From NCBI GenBank assembly GCA_963733295.1, contig CAVTCS010000003.1, forward strand, positions 1,856,001-1,920,000: a stretch of DNA of 64,000 nt, in the 5' to 3' direction. Position 1 is the stretch's first letter; each line of letters begins with the position of its first letter. The position numbers and the translations under genes are program-made. Below are positions 27,004 to 37,330 of this stretch, piece after piece. The notes below the pieces were generated by a model, which was not told the origin of the DNA, did no database searches, and was given only the letters and a program-made list of their open reading frames with translations. This DNA is from Vulcanimicrobiota bacterium. Lineage in GTDB: Bacteria > Vulcanimicrobiota > Vulcanimicrobiia > Vulcanimicrobiales > Vulcanimicrobiaceae.

Positions 27004-28272
27004 ATGGTCGCCAAGGGCAGGCGCGGCGTGCGCCGCTGGATGCGCACGCTCGGCCCCGGAGTCATCACGGGTGCTGCGGACGACGATCCTTCGGGCATCT
27101 CGACGTATGCAATGGCGGGCGCAGCCGCCGGCTATTCGCTACTATGGACAGCCGTCCTCACGGCACCCATGATGGCGGTGGTCGAAGGCATGTGCGCACG
27201 GATCGCGATCGTTACGCGGAAGGGTCTAACCACGGTCCTCCGCCAGCGCTTCCCACGTCCCGTCGTCGCAGGCCTCGTCCTCATTGTGGTGGTTGCCAAC
27301 ACCGCCAATCTCGGCGCCGATCTCGCCGGCATGGGGGCAGCAGCCGCACTCATCATGCCGCGCTTACCGCAGGCGATCTGGGCGCCGCTCTTCTGCGCAG
27401 CGATTCTGCTCGTTGAAACGTTTTCTTCCTATGCAGCATTTTCTCGCATCGTCAAGTGGCTCTGCTTTGCCCTCTTCGCCTACGTCGCAACGGCGCTCGT
27501 CGTGCACGTCGACTGGGGTAGCGTTCTTTTGCACGCCGTCGTTCCGCACATCGAATTCTCGCCGAGCTGGATCGCGTTACTACTTGGAGTTTTAGGAACC
27601 ACGATTACGCCATATCTGTTTTTTTGGCAATCCGCGCTCGAGGTCGAAGAGCAACAACGGGCCGCGAAGCGTGGGCTCGCGATCCGACCGCTCAAAGACG
27701 CACTGGCGGACGCGACACTCGATGTCAACACTGGGGCGGTCTACTCGAACGTCATCATGTTTTTCATCATCGTCACGACGGCCGCGACCCTGGGCGCTCA
27801 CGGCCTCACCAAGATCGCCACCGCCGCCGACGCTGCCTCGGCGCTAACGCCTCTGGCTGGGCGATTTGCCGGCGCACTGTTCGCACTTGGCTTGATCGGA
27901 GCTGGACTACTCGCCGTGCCGGTGCTTGCGGGATCCTCAGCGTATGCCCTCGTCGAGGTACTTGGTTGGAACGAAGGCCTCGACGCACGGCCGAGCGACG
28001 CGCGCGGCTTCTACGGTATTCTCGCGCTCGGTGTCGTACTTGGCCTAGCCATGCCGACGGTGTTCCACATCGATCCGATCCAGGCGCTCTTCTGGTGCGC
28101 CGTCGGCAACGGAATCGCCGCGGTACCACTTCTCGTTGCAATCACGCTCGTCGCAAACGATCGCGGCATCATGGGTCCCTTCGGCAACTCGCTTGTGGCG
28201 AACATGTGGGCTTGGTTGACGATCGCCCTCATGGGCGCATCGGCCATCGCCCTATTTATCACAAGCGTCTAG
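27004..28272 (+). CDS. NRAMP-family divalent metal transporter (DDDPSG subgroup)
   Basis: LGPGVITGAADDDPSGISTY, GTTITPYLFFWQ; about 11 TM; start uncertain. Confidence 0.9.
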   Translation: MVAKGRRGVRRWMRTLGPGVITGAADDDPSGISTYAMAGAAAGYSLLWTAVLTAPMMAVVEGMCARIAIVTRKGLTTVLRQRFPRPVVAGLVLIVVVANTANLGADLAGMGAAAALIMPRLPQAIWAPLFCAAILLVETFSSYAAFSRIVKWLCFALFAYVATALVVHVDWGSVLLHAVVPHIEFSPSWIALLLGVLGTTITPYLFFWQSALEVEEQQRAAKRGLAIRPLKDALADATLDVNTGAVYSNVIMFFIIVTTAATLGAHGLTKIATAADAASALTPLAGRFAGALFALGLIGAGLLAVPVLAGSSAYALVEVLGWNEGLDARPSDARGFYGILALGVVLGLAMPTVFHIDPIQALFWCAVGNGIAAVPLLVAITLVANDRGIMGPFGNSLVANMWAWLTIALMGASAIALFITSV

Positions 28273-28317
28273 AAGATTGGGCCCTTGATGCCGCGTCGCA
28301 ATCCGTGTTTCCCGAAG

Positions 28318-29574
28318 TCAGGGCGTTCGCGGCGTGCCCTGCGCGGGGGAACTCGGTGCACGGGCCAGGCGGAGTGAGTGCTCAGCTATCATCAGTTCCT
28401 CGTCGGTTGGAATGACGGCGACGGCCACCGAACTGCTCGGGCTACTAATGAATGGTGCATTCTCGGCGTTTGCGGCGGCATCCAATTGGACGCCAAGCCA
28501 TGCCGCCCGCTCGCAGATGCGCGCGCGAACGAGCGGCGCGTTCTCTCCGATGCCGGCAGTAAAAACGAGCGCATCGAGGCCACCGGCCGCAGCGGCAAGA
28601 GATCCAAGTTCACGCTCGATGCGGTAGATGAAGAGCTCGACGGCCTCCTCGGCGGCCGCCCCTCTGCTGGCGAGAAGCTCGCGCATATCACTGCTCGAGC
28701 CACTAACGCCGAAGAGTCCGGATTCTTTCCAAAGAAGCTTCGAGATCTGCTGCGCGGTCCAACCCTGTTCGAGCAGATACAACAGCACCCCGGGGTCGAT
28801 TGTGCCGCATCGTGTCCCCATCACCAAACCGTCGAGGGAGCTAAAACCCATGGTGGTCGCGACGCTCTTGCGCCTTACCATAGCGCACATGCTCGCACCC
28901 GAGCCAAGGTGGGCAACGATAACGCGGCCCTCTGCGGCGGCTCCGATTGCGTTCGGAAGACAGCGTGCTATGTATTCGTAGGAAATGCCGTGAAAGCCGT
29001 AGCGCCGTACACCCTTTTCCCTTAACGACGCCGGCAGCGCAAACACCGTTGCAACCGAAGGCTGGTCGGCATGAAAGGCGGTGTCAAGACACGCCACTTG
29101 TGCGAGATTCGGATACAGCGTTCGGACGACGTCGATCAGCGCGAGGCTTCGCGGCTGATGCAAAGGGTCCAGCGGGACGAGACGTGTGAGTTCCTGGAAT
29201 ACGGCCGGATCGATCAGAACTGGCCGCGTGAATCGGTCGCCTCCGTGAACCACGCGATGTCCGACGACGCAAAGCGACGGAGTACGGTAAAGCTTCTCGA
29301 GACGTTTCAACGCTTCTTCCATCGCATCGCCGTGCCTCCCGCATGTGGCAAGTGGCTCATCTACGAGTCTGACGCCGCGTTCACCAACGATCGTTAGGTG
29401 TGCAGTTGCACCGATGCGCTCGATTCGTCCACGGAAGCGAGCTACGAGCGTTTCATCGTGGCTTACGTCGAAGATCGCAAACTTAACGCTCGCAGAGCCG
29501 GCATTGATCGCCATAACGCCCGAAACGGAACGCCCTGAGCGCAGGGTGTGTCGCGGCGATTCCTTCGACGGCAT
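28318..29574 (-). CDS. ackA: Acetate/propionate kinase
   Basis: INAGSASVK, GHRVVHGG, DTAFH, RYGFHGISY, HLGSGAS, MGTRCG, FTAGIGEN, PTDEE. Confidence 0.95.
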   Translation of the reverse strand: MPSKESPRHTLRSGRSVSGVMAINAGSASVKFAIFDVSHDETLVARFRGRIERIGATAHLTIVGERGVRLVDEPLATCGRHGDAMEEALKRLEKLYRTPSLCVVGHRVVHGGDRFTRPVLIDPAVFQELTRLVPLDPLHQPRSLALIDVVRTLYPNLAQVACLDTAFHADQPSVATVFALPASLREKGVRRYGFHGISYEYIARCLPNAIGAAAEGRVIVAHLGSGASMCAMVRRKSVATTMGFSSLDGLVMGTRCGTIDPGVLLYLLEQGWTAQQISKLLWKESGLFGVSGSSSDMRELLASRGAAAEEAVELFIYRIERELGSLAAAAGGLDALVFTAGIGENAPLVRARICERAAWLGVQLDAAANAENAPFISSPSSSVAVAVIPTDEELMIAEHSLRLARAPSSPAQGTPRTP

Positions 29575-30327
29575 TCAGCCGAGGTGACTGGTTGCGATGG
29601 GTTTTTGCAGGGCTAACCTTTGCATTGTTTTGATAACACTATCAGGGTTGAGGCTGATCGAGTCGATGCGAAAATCCCAAGAACGCCGATGCCATGAATC
29701 CGTCGCCAATCTGAACCGCAATTTCGGTTTTGGCGGTCCGCAGCTGAGAACATCTCCACTCCCTTGACTCACGATATTTGCCGGACGAGAAAGCCTTGAA
29801 AAGCCTTCGCGTCGTGACGGCCGAAGTCTTGGACTCAGTATTCAACGACGGGAGAGAGGCGCATGCGCGTGATCTTTTTGGGCGTCAATGAGGTTGCTGA
29901 TTTCGGCTTGCGTGAGAGGTTCGTCCGCGTAGGCACCTTTCGCACGACGCTGGTAGATCGCGGTCAAGGTGTCCAAGGGAAGGCTCCTTTAGGCACGATC
30001 CTACGTCGCAGTTATCTGGAACGTGAGAAGAGACCGTGAAGAACGTCCCGCCACGCCAGTGCGGAAGCAACCTCCAAGGGCTTTTTCTTATATTGCCGGT
30101 CCGTCCGTCGAGCGCGAGATATATCACGCGAAACCTTCACCGTGATCTGATCGCGCGGCACCGCAATCGGACCGGCCGCTTGAGAACGTCTGTACCGTTA
30201 GGCTCGCTCACAGGTTCTTCCTTAAGCCTTCTTCTCGCGGCGATATGCTCGCCCGAGGTGCAGCGGATTCGCGGCACCCGTCAGCTGGCGCTCCTGCCGG
30301 CCGACATGGAAGACAGTGGTACGAACG

Positions 30328-30420
30328 ATGACGACGATTTCCGAACACATGGTTGTTGACTGCCCTCCGTCGCTTGCGCTAGGTGCGCTCGAGCGCTATA
30401 TCGATGTCACGAGGAGTTAG
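30328..30420 (+). pseudogene. 30-aa N-terminal remnant of the 'CP' SRPBCC-like family
   Basis: MTTISEHMVVDCPPSLALGALERYIDVTRS* aligns with the N-termini of 63392-63913 (VSVERVVDCPFSFAL) and 21830-22348 (IQQRTLVQCPVAQA). Confidence 0.5.
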
Positions 30421-30429
30421 TGCTTTCTC

Positions 30430-31635
30430 ATGATCACGCCACGTAACGAACGCTCGGCTACTTTGGCCCTGGTCCTCTCGACCATTGCGTTCACGGTGTG
30501 CTTCTACGGTTGGACGCTCTTCGGACCACTCGCACCTAGTCTGCAGAAGTCACTCGGACTCAGCGAACTGCAGATCGGATGGCTCGTGGCGATCCCAGTT
30601 GTCCTCGGATCGCTTATGCGCATCCCACTAGGTTTCTTGAGTCAGCGCTTCGGAGGCCGCGTGGTCTTCATCGGGCTGATGGCAGTCGTCGTCTTGCCGC
30701 TGCTTGCGATCGCTGTCTGGCACGCATCGTATGCAGCGCTGCTGACGTTCGGGTTCTTGATCGGCGTCTCCGGCGCGTCGTTCGCCGTGGGCGTTCCTTT
30801 CGTAAACGACTGGTATCCGCCGGAACGCCGGGGCTTTGCGCTCGGTATCTACGGTATGGGCACGGGCGGCACGGTCATCGCCGGACTGACGGCACCGCTG
30901 CTCGCAAGCACGTACGGAATTGCGGCGCCGTTCATCTTGGCCGCCGTGCTGATCGGCGCGATGGCCGTCGTTTTCGCACTCGTTGGACGTAACGCTCCAA
31001 ACTTTGTGCCTTCGACGGGGGGTATCTTCGCTGCCTTCGATGTCTTTCGCACGAGCTTCCGCGCGTGGGCGCTGACGCTGATGTACTTCGTGACGTTTGG
31101 CGGCTTCGTTGCAATGTTCTTATACCTACCGCGCATTTTAGCGAGCGTTTACGAGCTCTCGAAACCGGATGCCGGTGCCCGCGCGGCCGGCTTCGCGCTC
31201 CTCGCCGTCGTCGCGCGCCCGATCGGCGGCATGCTCGCCGATCGCTATGGGGCAGAGCGGGTGCTGGGTTTCTCCCTGGTATGGGTAGCGGCCACAGGCG
31301 CGCTGCTCAGCGCCACCTACACGTACATGATACCCTTCACGATATGCTGCTTGACGCTGGCCGTCGCGCTGGGCGCCGGCTCCGGCGCGATTTTCAAGAT
31401 CGTCGGAACCGAATTCCCGACGAGCGTCGGTGCCGTCACGGGCGTCGTCGGTGCCGCGGGGGGTCTCGGCGGCTTCTTTCCGCCGATCGTTATGGGCGTT
31501 ACAAAGACGCTTACGGGGGCTTATTCCCTCGGCTTCGCCTTGCTCGGCGTCGTAGCCGCGGCGAGTTTGGCGTTGCTCTTACCGGGGCGCTCCGAGCGAT
31601 CGAGCAAGATCGAGGGGCGGGGGCACGCGTCATAG
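30430..31635 (+). CDS. narK: NarK/NasA-family nitrate/nitrite MFS transporter
   Basis: GSLMRIPLG, GASFAVG, YFVTFGGFVA, ARPIGG, GAAGGLGGFFPP nitrate signature. Confidence 0.9.
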   Translation: MITPRNERSATLALVLSTIAFTVCFYGWTLFGPLAPSLQKSLGLSELQIGWLVAIPVVLGSLMRIPLGFLSQRFGGRVVFIGLMAVVVLPLLAIAVWHASYAALLTFGFLIGVSGASFAVGVPFVNDWYPPERRGFALGIYGMGTGGTVIAGLTAPLLASTYGIAAPFILAAVLIGAMAVVFALVGRNAPNFVPSTGGIFAAFDVFRTSFRAWALTLMYFVTFGGFVAMFLYLPRILASVYELSKPDAGARAAGFALLAVVARPIGGMLADRYGAERVLGFSLVWVAATGALLSATYTYMIPFTICCLTLAVALGAGSGAIFKIVGTEFPTSVGAVTGVVGAAGGLGGFFPPIVMGVTKTLTGAYSLGFALLGVVAAASLALLLPGRSERSSKIEGRGHAS

Positions 31636-31719
31636 CGATCCCTTTTTCCGGGACCTTAGGTCCGACCTCGCACCCTTGCAGCACGCCGAGGCGCTCGCAG
31701 TTCCTTGGTCCACCCGATT

Positions 31720-32184
31720 TTACCGCTGGACATCGCTCGCCTGTCGCCCACTCTTGTGAACGATTCGAATGCGATACGCCAGACCGGGCCCTCCAACGCG
31801 TGAGACGTACGTTTGCTCCGCGGCATCGCTCAGCTCGTCAGCGCGCGCGATGGTGCGAAGACGATCTCCAATTCGCCCTACCGCATCGATGGCGCGCGCC
31901 CCCTCCAAAAGCTCGAAGTCGCCCAAAGCGACGGCGCAAATCCAGTTTGTCGCGTTTGATATGCGATCAACTTCGACACAGACGCGTGGATGGACGCCCA
32001 TCGACTCGGTTTTGGCACCCAAAAGGCTGTAGCCGTAGAACGAGTCGCCGTCGTATGCATATGTGATCGGAACGATGTATGGCTGTCCTTGGCGATCGAC
32101 GTAGCCGATACGTGCCGTGCTCTCTGCTCGCAGAAATGCGTCAAGGGCTTCATCGGATAAGGCGCGAACCGAAAAATTATCCAT
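31720..32184 (-). CDS. Pyridoxamine 5'-phosphate oxidase-like FMN-binding protein (NimA-like)
   Basis: ARIG..QPYIVPITY, GAK...HPRVCVEVD, W..AVALG. Confidence 0.85.
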   Translation of the reverse strand: MDNFSVRALSDEALDAFLRAESTARIGYVDRQGQPYIVPITYAYDGDSFYGYSLLGAKTESMGVHPRVCVEVDRISNATNWICAVALGDFELLEGARAIDAVGRIGDRLRTIARADELSDAAEQTYVSRVGGPGLAYRIRIVHKSGRQASDVQR

Positions 32185-32592
32185 ACATAACGTCCGTTCC
32201 AGTCAAGAGGCTGCGCAAGTCACGCAGCCATCCTACCCCACCACGTCACGTGTTCACAATACCCTACAGGGTACGGTATCATAAACGCTAACGCTGCAAA
32301 AGATGCTCTCACCGGACGCTACAAAAAAGACGTATCGATCTGCAGAGATCGCGTTGTACTAGGTCTGCCGTTGGGCGCCAGTACTTGGGTCGAAGTTCTC
32401 TTCTTCGACTCTTAGGGTCGATCGCACAACGACCTCAACGGGGCGCTCTTTCGCCGAGCGAATTCGCACTCGCTGGTCCTGAAAGGTGCTGCTTCTTGTG
32501 CTATCGTTAAGCGGGACCGGGTCGCGTCTGATCGAGCGCCCGGCTGGAATATCTCAAGCTGCGTACTTTTGAGTCGGTGGGTGTCAAACGCG

Positions 32593-33063
32593 ATGTTTTC
32601 ACTCTTGTTCGGAACCGATACCTCGGACGATGCCTTCAAAGCGACAGAGCTCCTGTCGCAGATCATCGATCCGCGCTCCGTCGACCGCATCAAAGTCCTC
32701 TTATTGGCATGGCCCGAACGGGTGAGTCCCTTCTGGGACAGGGCACATGACAAGCGTTGGAAGGCGCACGACCTGCACGAAGCAGCGGCGCTCGTCGTCG
32801 CACAGGAGCGAGAGCGCTTTGAGCGCTTGTTCGCCCCACATTGCTCCGTCATTGAAGGGGAAGGAGTATCTGGAGACCCCTTGGGCCAATTTCAGCGGGC
32901 CACGGAGGACGTCGATGCGTCGATGATCGTCTTGGCGATCTCACGAGCTGCTCATGCGGAGCAGGTTCGGACGCTCGCGATGCAGATCGTCGAAGCTTCA
33001 CCGATTCCGGTTGTGCTCTTATTCGGCGCGGGAGCGCTTCCAAATCATGCTCAATCGCGTTGA
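32593..33063 (+). CDS. Divergent single-domain universal stress protein-like
   Basis: LLFGTDTSDDAFKA, SGDP, ASMIVLA, SPIPVVLL follow the USP pattern, but the GxxG motif is missing. Confidence 0.6.
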   Translation: MFSLLFGTDTSDDAFKATELLSQIIDPRSVDRIKVLLLAWPERVSPFWDRAHDKRWKAHDLHEAAALVVAQERERFERLFAPHCSVIEGEGVSGDPLGQFQRATEDVDASMIVLAISRAAHAEQVRTLAMQIVEASPIPVVLLFGAGALPNHAQSR

Positions 33064-33175
33064 CCTTCTTCGTCAGGCTCCTAGCTGCTAAACAAAGTTC
33101 GATTGCGAACAGATTGTCTCGAAATTCATGAAGCTTGAACCTTTCTGGAATGTTCCCAGAAAGGCCACGCTTTCA

Positions 33176-33203
33176 TTGACACTCCCGGGCATCGGAGTAT
33201 CAT
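33176..33203 (+). promoter_or_regulatory. Sigma70-type promoter for the STAS gene
   Basis: TTGACA-N16-TATCAT; inverted repeat CCTTTCTGG/CCAGAAAGG at 33140-33164 just upstream. Confidence 0.55.
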
Positions 33204-33287
33204 CCGCTTATATCCTTACATCTTTCTACATCTTATGTCCGCGTATTGTTCGCGGGACGAAAACTGAACCTCGGCAGGTAAAGGAAC

Positions 33288-33635
33288 GTGGAAAACGTCC
33301 GCGCCTACTCGTTTAACGATAGTCTGATCGTCGAGCTTTCCGGCGAACACGACATGTCGACGATTCCGCACGTTGAGCCGGCGATGGCATCGGCAAGCAG
33401 AGAGAAGGGCGTCGTCGTCGTCGATCTCAGCCAAGCGACTTTCGTCGACTCGAGCGTGCTTTCGATGCTTCTGCGAGCCCACAAGAAACTCGGCACTCGC
33501 ATGCGCGTGGTTCTAACGAGCGGCTCGAGGGTCCGCCACATCTTCGAGGTCACGCAGATGGATCGCTACATCGCGATCGTCGAAAGCGTATCCGAGGCCC
33601 TGCGTCCGAGCGAAACGCACCGCTCGACCGCGTAG
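33288..33635 (+). CDS. STAS domain anti-sigma factor antagonist
   Basis: LSGEHD, VVDLSQATFVDSSVL, IFEVT; AAGGA RBS. Confidence 0.88.
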   Translation: MENVRAYSFNDSLIVELSGEHDMSTIPHVEPAMASASREKGVVVVDLSQATFVDSSVLSMLLRAHKKLGTRMRVVLTSGSRVRHIFEVTQMDRYIAIVESVSEALRPSETHRSTA

Positions 33636-33659
33636 TCCCGGCCGGCTCGAGCCGACCGG

Positions 33660-35042
33660 TCAGACGATCAGACTGCCTAAATTCGCGCCGGCACCCGACA
33701 GGTTCGTGAAGGACGACGTCCCCATGACGACCGCCGGATCGACGCCGAGGTACTGCATCACGGCCGAGAGATAGTACCGGAAATCGATGTCGACGCCGAC
33801 ATAGTTCCCGCTGAGACCCGGCGAGAGATTCGGATAGATCTCCGTGCCGTAGAAACCGCCGGTCGCGTTGTCGCCGATGACGAAGTGGAAGCTCGCCGTG
33901 CCGTGATCGGTTCCGGCAGAGGCGTTCGAGTACGGGAGGCGGCCGAATTCCGACGTCGTCATAATGATGACGTTGCTGCTGGCGTTGAGCCCCTTCAGGT
34001 AGGCATAGAATTCAGAAACCGCTTCCGAGAACTCTTGCAGCAACAAGGGTTGCTGCGCGACCTCGCTCGAGTGCGTGTCGTAGCCGCCTTGCCGGACGTA
34101 GTAGGCTCGCGTCGGCGCGCCACCGAGAATCAAGCGGGCCACCTGCGCCATCTGCACCTTGACGTTGCTGGTGGTTGCGGCCTTGCCGGGATACGTGATC
34201 TGGAGTTGGTAAGGGGGGTAGGCCGGGGTAACGGGATACTGCGAGCTGAGGGGTCCTCCGCCGACTTGATCGGGGTTGACCGCCATCGCGTAGGCCTGCA
34301 CGACCGACACGTAGTTCGTCGTTTGTGCCGCGAGCGAGCGAGCAAATTCCGAAGAGATTGCCGTCGTGGCGTATGCGTCGTTGCCGGATAGCGCGAGTTT
34401 ACCGTTGGCAGCGCCCGCGTTTCCCGTGTTGACTTGGAAGTTTTGGAGATCGCCTCCCACGACGAGCGGTGAGGTCTTCGCGCCGATCATCGCAATCGGC
34501 GTGCCACCCATGACGGAGACCATGGGCGAGATGTTGCCGCTGCCGCCGAGCGAGTCGAACGTTTGGCCCACCCAGCCCAGATTCGCAGCCGTCGTGTCGT
34601 TGGTGCCCGCGCTGTACCAGTAGAACTGCGCCTGCTGGTGTCCGTCGCGATTCGCAACCCCCGACTCCAAGCCGAGGCCCGAGACGACCGCGACGCGACC
34701 CGAAGCGTACAGGCTTCTGAGTTCCGTCATGACGGGGTTGAAAGCGTAGGTGCTGCCGGTTCCGACCGGCGAGGGCGTCGCGTCGAAGTAGGTTTGAGCC
34801 GTATCGATGGCACTCAACGGAACTGCGATGTTGGCGCGCAGTCTATTGTAGATCGGTGCGTTGGTCGGATCCAGCGGAACGACCATGTTGAAGCCGTCGT
34901 TGCCACCCAAGAATTCGTACACCACGACGATCGTATTTCCGGTAGCGGCCGCCGCGGGTTTTGCCAAGAGCCGCAGGAAGGCCCCGGACGAGAAAGCCAT
35001 GGCGCTTGAGCCGCACAAAAACTTACGGCGCGAGAACAGCAT
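33660..35042 (-). CDS. DUF1501 family protein, Tat-exported
   Basis: SRRKFL signal; FLGGNDGFNMVVP, GGYDTHS, SEFGR, GTDHG. Confidence 0.88.
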   Translation of the reverse strand: MLFSRRKFLCGSSAMAFSSGAFLRLLAKPAAAATGNTIVVVYEFLGGNDGFNMVVPLDPTNAPIYNRLRANIAVPLSAIDTAQTYFDATPSPVGTGSTYAFNPVMTELRSLYASGRVAVVSGLGLESGVANRDGHQQAQFYWYSAGTNDTTAANLGWVGQTFDSLGGSGNISPMVSVMGGTPIAMIGAKTSPLVVGGDLQNFQVNTGNAGAANGKLALSGNDAYATTAISSEFARSLAAQTTNYVSVVQAYAMAVNPDQVGGGPLSSQYPVTPAYPPYQLQITYPGKAATTSNVKVQMAQVARLILGGAPTRAYYVRQGGYDTHSSEVAQQPLLLQEFSEAVSEFYAYLKGLNASSNVIIMTTSEFGRLPYSNASAGTDHGTASFHFVIGDNATGGFYGTEIYPNLSPGLSGNYVGVDIDFRYYLSAVMQYLGVDPAVVMGTSSFTNLSGAGANLGSLIV

Positions 35043-35044
35043 CG

Positions 35045-37330
35045 TTAGTTTGCCTCGTATTCCGGAGAGGTGAGTACCATCCAGAGCGCGCCCTTGAGAC
35101 CGACCTGAAACGAGTTCCCGGCAGTCAGGCTCGCGTTGTTCCGAAAGTTCATCATGTAGTTCGTGACCAGCGTCTTCAATTCAGGGGTGCCGCCGTCGAC
35201 GAGGGCATCGAGGATGTAGTTGACGGCTTTATTCACGTCGGCCGTCGTCGCGGTCGTTCCCGCGGGAGCGACCGTGGTCAAGTCGAGCGACGTGTCTTGT
35301 TGATTCGTCGGCTGCGCGATGTAAGCGTCGGAGCCGAGGTGTGCCCCGGAGGACCAGCGCGCCAGCAGCTCGATGTTGCTGACCAAGCCCTCCTTGTTCC
35401 CCGGATAGTAGAACGAGAAGACCGTAGGCGGATACATGGTCCGCTCCTGCATGTTGTTGGTATCGCCGATGGGGCCCGAGAGCGGAACGTTCTGACCGGT
35501 GATCGGGTTCGCCGAGACCGGATTGTCGGGACCGCGCAGCGCGCGGATCGCGTCGATCTCCATCTCGAGCGGTTCCTTCACCATGGTGTACTTCCCGAGC
35601 AAGAACTCCGGGTCGCTCGCGATCGCACTGACCACCAGTGCGATCTGGTTGGGTGCGGTCAGGTTCGCGCACCACACTTTTGAAATGCGGGACACGTAAC
35701 CCGGCGAGGGCTGCTCGTTGACGAGCCGCTCCAGCATCTCTTTCGCTTCGAAAGCACAGGTCGTCGGCTGGCTTGCAAGGATCGTGACGAAATTGTCGAC
35801 GACACAGGGTCCGCTCGCGGCCTGACCGGGCGGGAGCGTACCTACCCAGCTGCACTGCGTGCCGCCCGGATCGCTGATCGTCTGCCCGAAAATCGGCGGC
35901 AACGGGTTGCCGCCGTTGTTGACCGGATTGTAGTGGTTGGCCGGGCTGAACTGCACGGTCTCGAGATACGACGGCCACGCTCCGACGAGCGCCGAGGGCT
36001 GGTGGACGACGAATCCCGTCATCGCTTCGGAGGCCGTTACGACGTCGGCTTGCTGGTACGTCGGCACCGGATTCCCGCTCCCGTCAAGCACCGGTGTGCC
36101 GTCCGGGTTCAACTGAGTCAAGCCGATCGTGTAGAGCTGCATCAGTTCGCGGCCGAAATTCTGGTTAGGCGGATTCGAAGGACTGTTGCCGTTGTTTCCG
36201 TTGTTGTCCAGCCAGTAGAGCATCGCCGGCTCTTTGGCGACGTCGCTGACCAACTTCGCGAAGTTGCCGAGGGCATCGGCGCGAACGGTTTCGACGTAGT
36301 GGTCCATCGCGCCCGGACTGTTGACCGTGGCCTCGCTGACGGAGAAGTGCTCGAGCCAGTGGAGCGTGAGCTTCTCGAGCAGCTGCCGCTGCGTTGCGAC
36401 TTGCTGCTGGATCAGCCGGTTCTCGACGATTTGGCTGTATGCGTCGTCGGGAAACAACATGTTGTTGCCGGTGAGCGTCGGCATGGGATAGACGAAAATC
36501 GGCAGCGTCGAATCGGTGATCGCCGTATAGTTGATTTGGTTGGTCACCCAGGCCGCTACGCCGCCGTGCGTGTACCAATACGAAACCTGATCGGGCGAAT
36601 CGCTGAAGCCCAGGCGGCGCATCACGTACTGCACGTCGCTGCGCCGAAGCGGGGCGCCCGTCGGAAGCGATGGCGGCCCCGAACCCGGGTTTCGCGTCCC
36701 GGCTGCGTCGACGGTAACGTGCCCACCGGGCCGGCTCGCACTCGGTGCGGGCAGCGACGCGACGCTAACCATCGAGGGATGAGCGATCTGCGCCGCTGGC
36801 GCGCCTCCCGAGCGCTGCGCGGCCGCTACCGGGACGGCGGAGGCTGCGGAGCCCATTACCGCAAGCGACGACGTCGGGAGCGCATCCGCGACGACGTGAT
36901 ACGTTCCCACCTCGCGACCGGTAACGCCGTTCACGCGCAAAAGCAAACGTTGCGCGCCGAACGGCACCGGCAAGGTCACTGCCGTCCCAGCCTCGAGCCA
37001 ACCCGAGATCTGACGTCCGCCCGCATTCGCGAAAGCCGCCATGAGCGTGCCTTGCAAGCCGGCGCAGCCGCTCGGGGTGAAGTTGTGACCGCACGCACCG
37101 TAACGGCCCGTGAGCGTACCGCTCGCACTCAGACGAACGAAGTGCGACGTCGACACGTCGATTCCGGCATCGCGACCGGCGCCGAGCGTCGAACTGGCCG
37201 GAACTTCCGAGATCGCAAAGGTTCTTACTACTGGAGCTGCGGGCCGAACCCACGCGGGGGGCGTCGTCGCGAGAGCCGGCGAGATCGTGCACGCAACGAG
37301 TCCTGCAACCGCACACAAACGACGAAGCAT
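35045..37330 (-). CDS. DUF1800 family protein with N-terminal extension
   Basis: RQLLEKLTLHWLEHFS, PAMLYWLDN, NQNFGRELMQLYTIG, KEPLE, PPTVFSFY, LTSPEY; signal peptide from ATG 37330. Confidence 0.88.
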   Translation of the reverse strand: MLRRLCAVAGLVACTISPALATTPPAWVRPAAPVVRTFAISEVPASSTLGAGRDAGIDVSTSHFVRLSASGTLTGRYGACGHNFTPSGCAGLQGTLMAAFANAGGRQISGWLEAGTAVTLPVPFGAQRLLLRVNGVTGREVGTYHVVADALPTSSLAVMGSAASAVPVAAAQRSGGAPAAQIAHPSMVSVASLPAPSASRPGGHVTVDAAGTRNPGSGPPSLPTGAPLRRSDVQYVMRRLGFSDSPDQVSYWYTHGGVAAWVTNQINYTAITDSTLPIFVYPMPTLTGNNMLFPDDAYSQIVENRLIQQQVATQRQLLEKLTLHWLEHFSVSEATVNSPGAMDHYVETVRADALGNFAKLVSDVAKEPAMLYWLDNNGNNGNSPSNPPNQNFGRELMQLYTIGLTQLNPDGTPVLDGSGNPVPTYQQADVVTASEAMTGFVVHQPSALVGAWPSYLETVQFSPANHYNPVNNGGNPLPPIFGQTISDPGGTQCSWVGTLPPGQAASGPCVVDNFVTILASQPTTCAFEAKEMLERLVNEQPSPGYVSRISKVWCANLTAPNQIALVVSAIASDPEFLLGKYTMVKEPLEMEIDAIRALRGPDNPVSANPITGQNVPLSGPIGDTNNMQERTMYPPTVFSFYYPGNKEGLVSNIELLARWSSGAHLGSDAYIAQPTNQQDTSLDLTTVAPAGTTATTADVNKAVNYILDALVDGGTPELKTLVTNYMMNFRNNASLTAGNSFQVGLKGALWMVLTSPEYEAN

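Noticed and set aside
29620..29646. FNR-box-like TTGAT-AACACT-ATCAG
   Set aside because: Spacer is 6 nt rather than 4 and the right half is imperfect.
29575..30327. Short ORFs in the ackA-narK spacer, including a 58-aa ORF at 29863-30039
   Set aside because: No recognisable motif or consistent codon bias; could be decayed DNA.
16700..33650. Mobile genomic island with defined ends
   Set aside because: No integrase, transposase, tRNA or flanking direct repeats seen.
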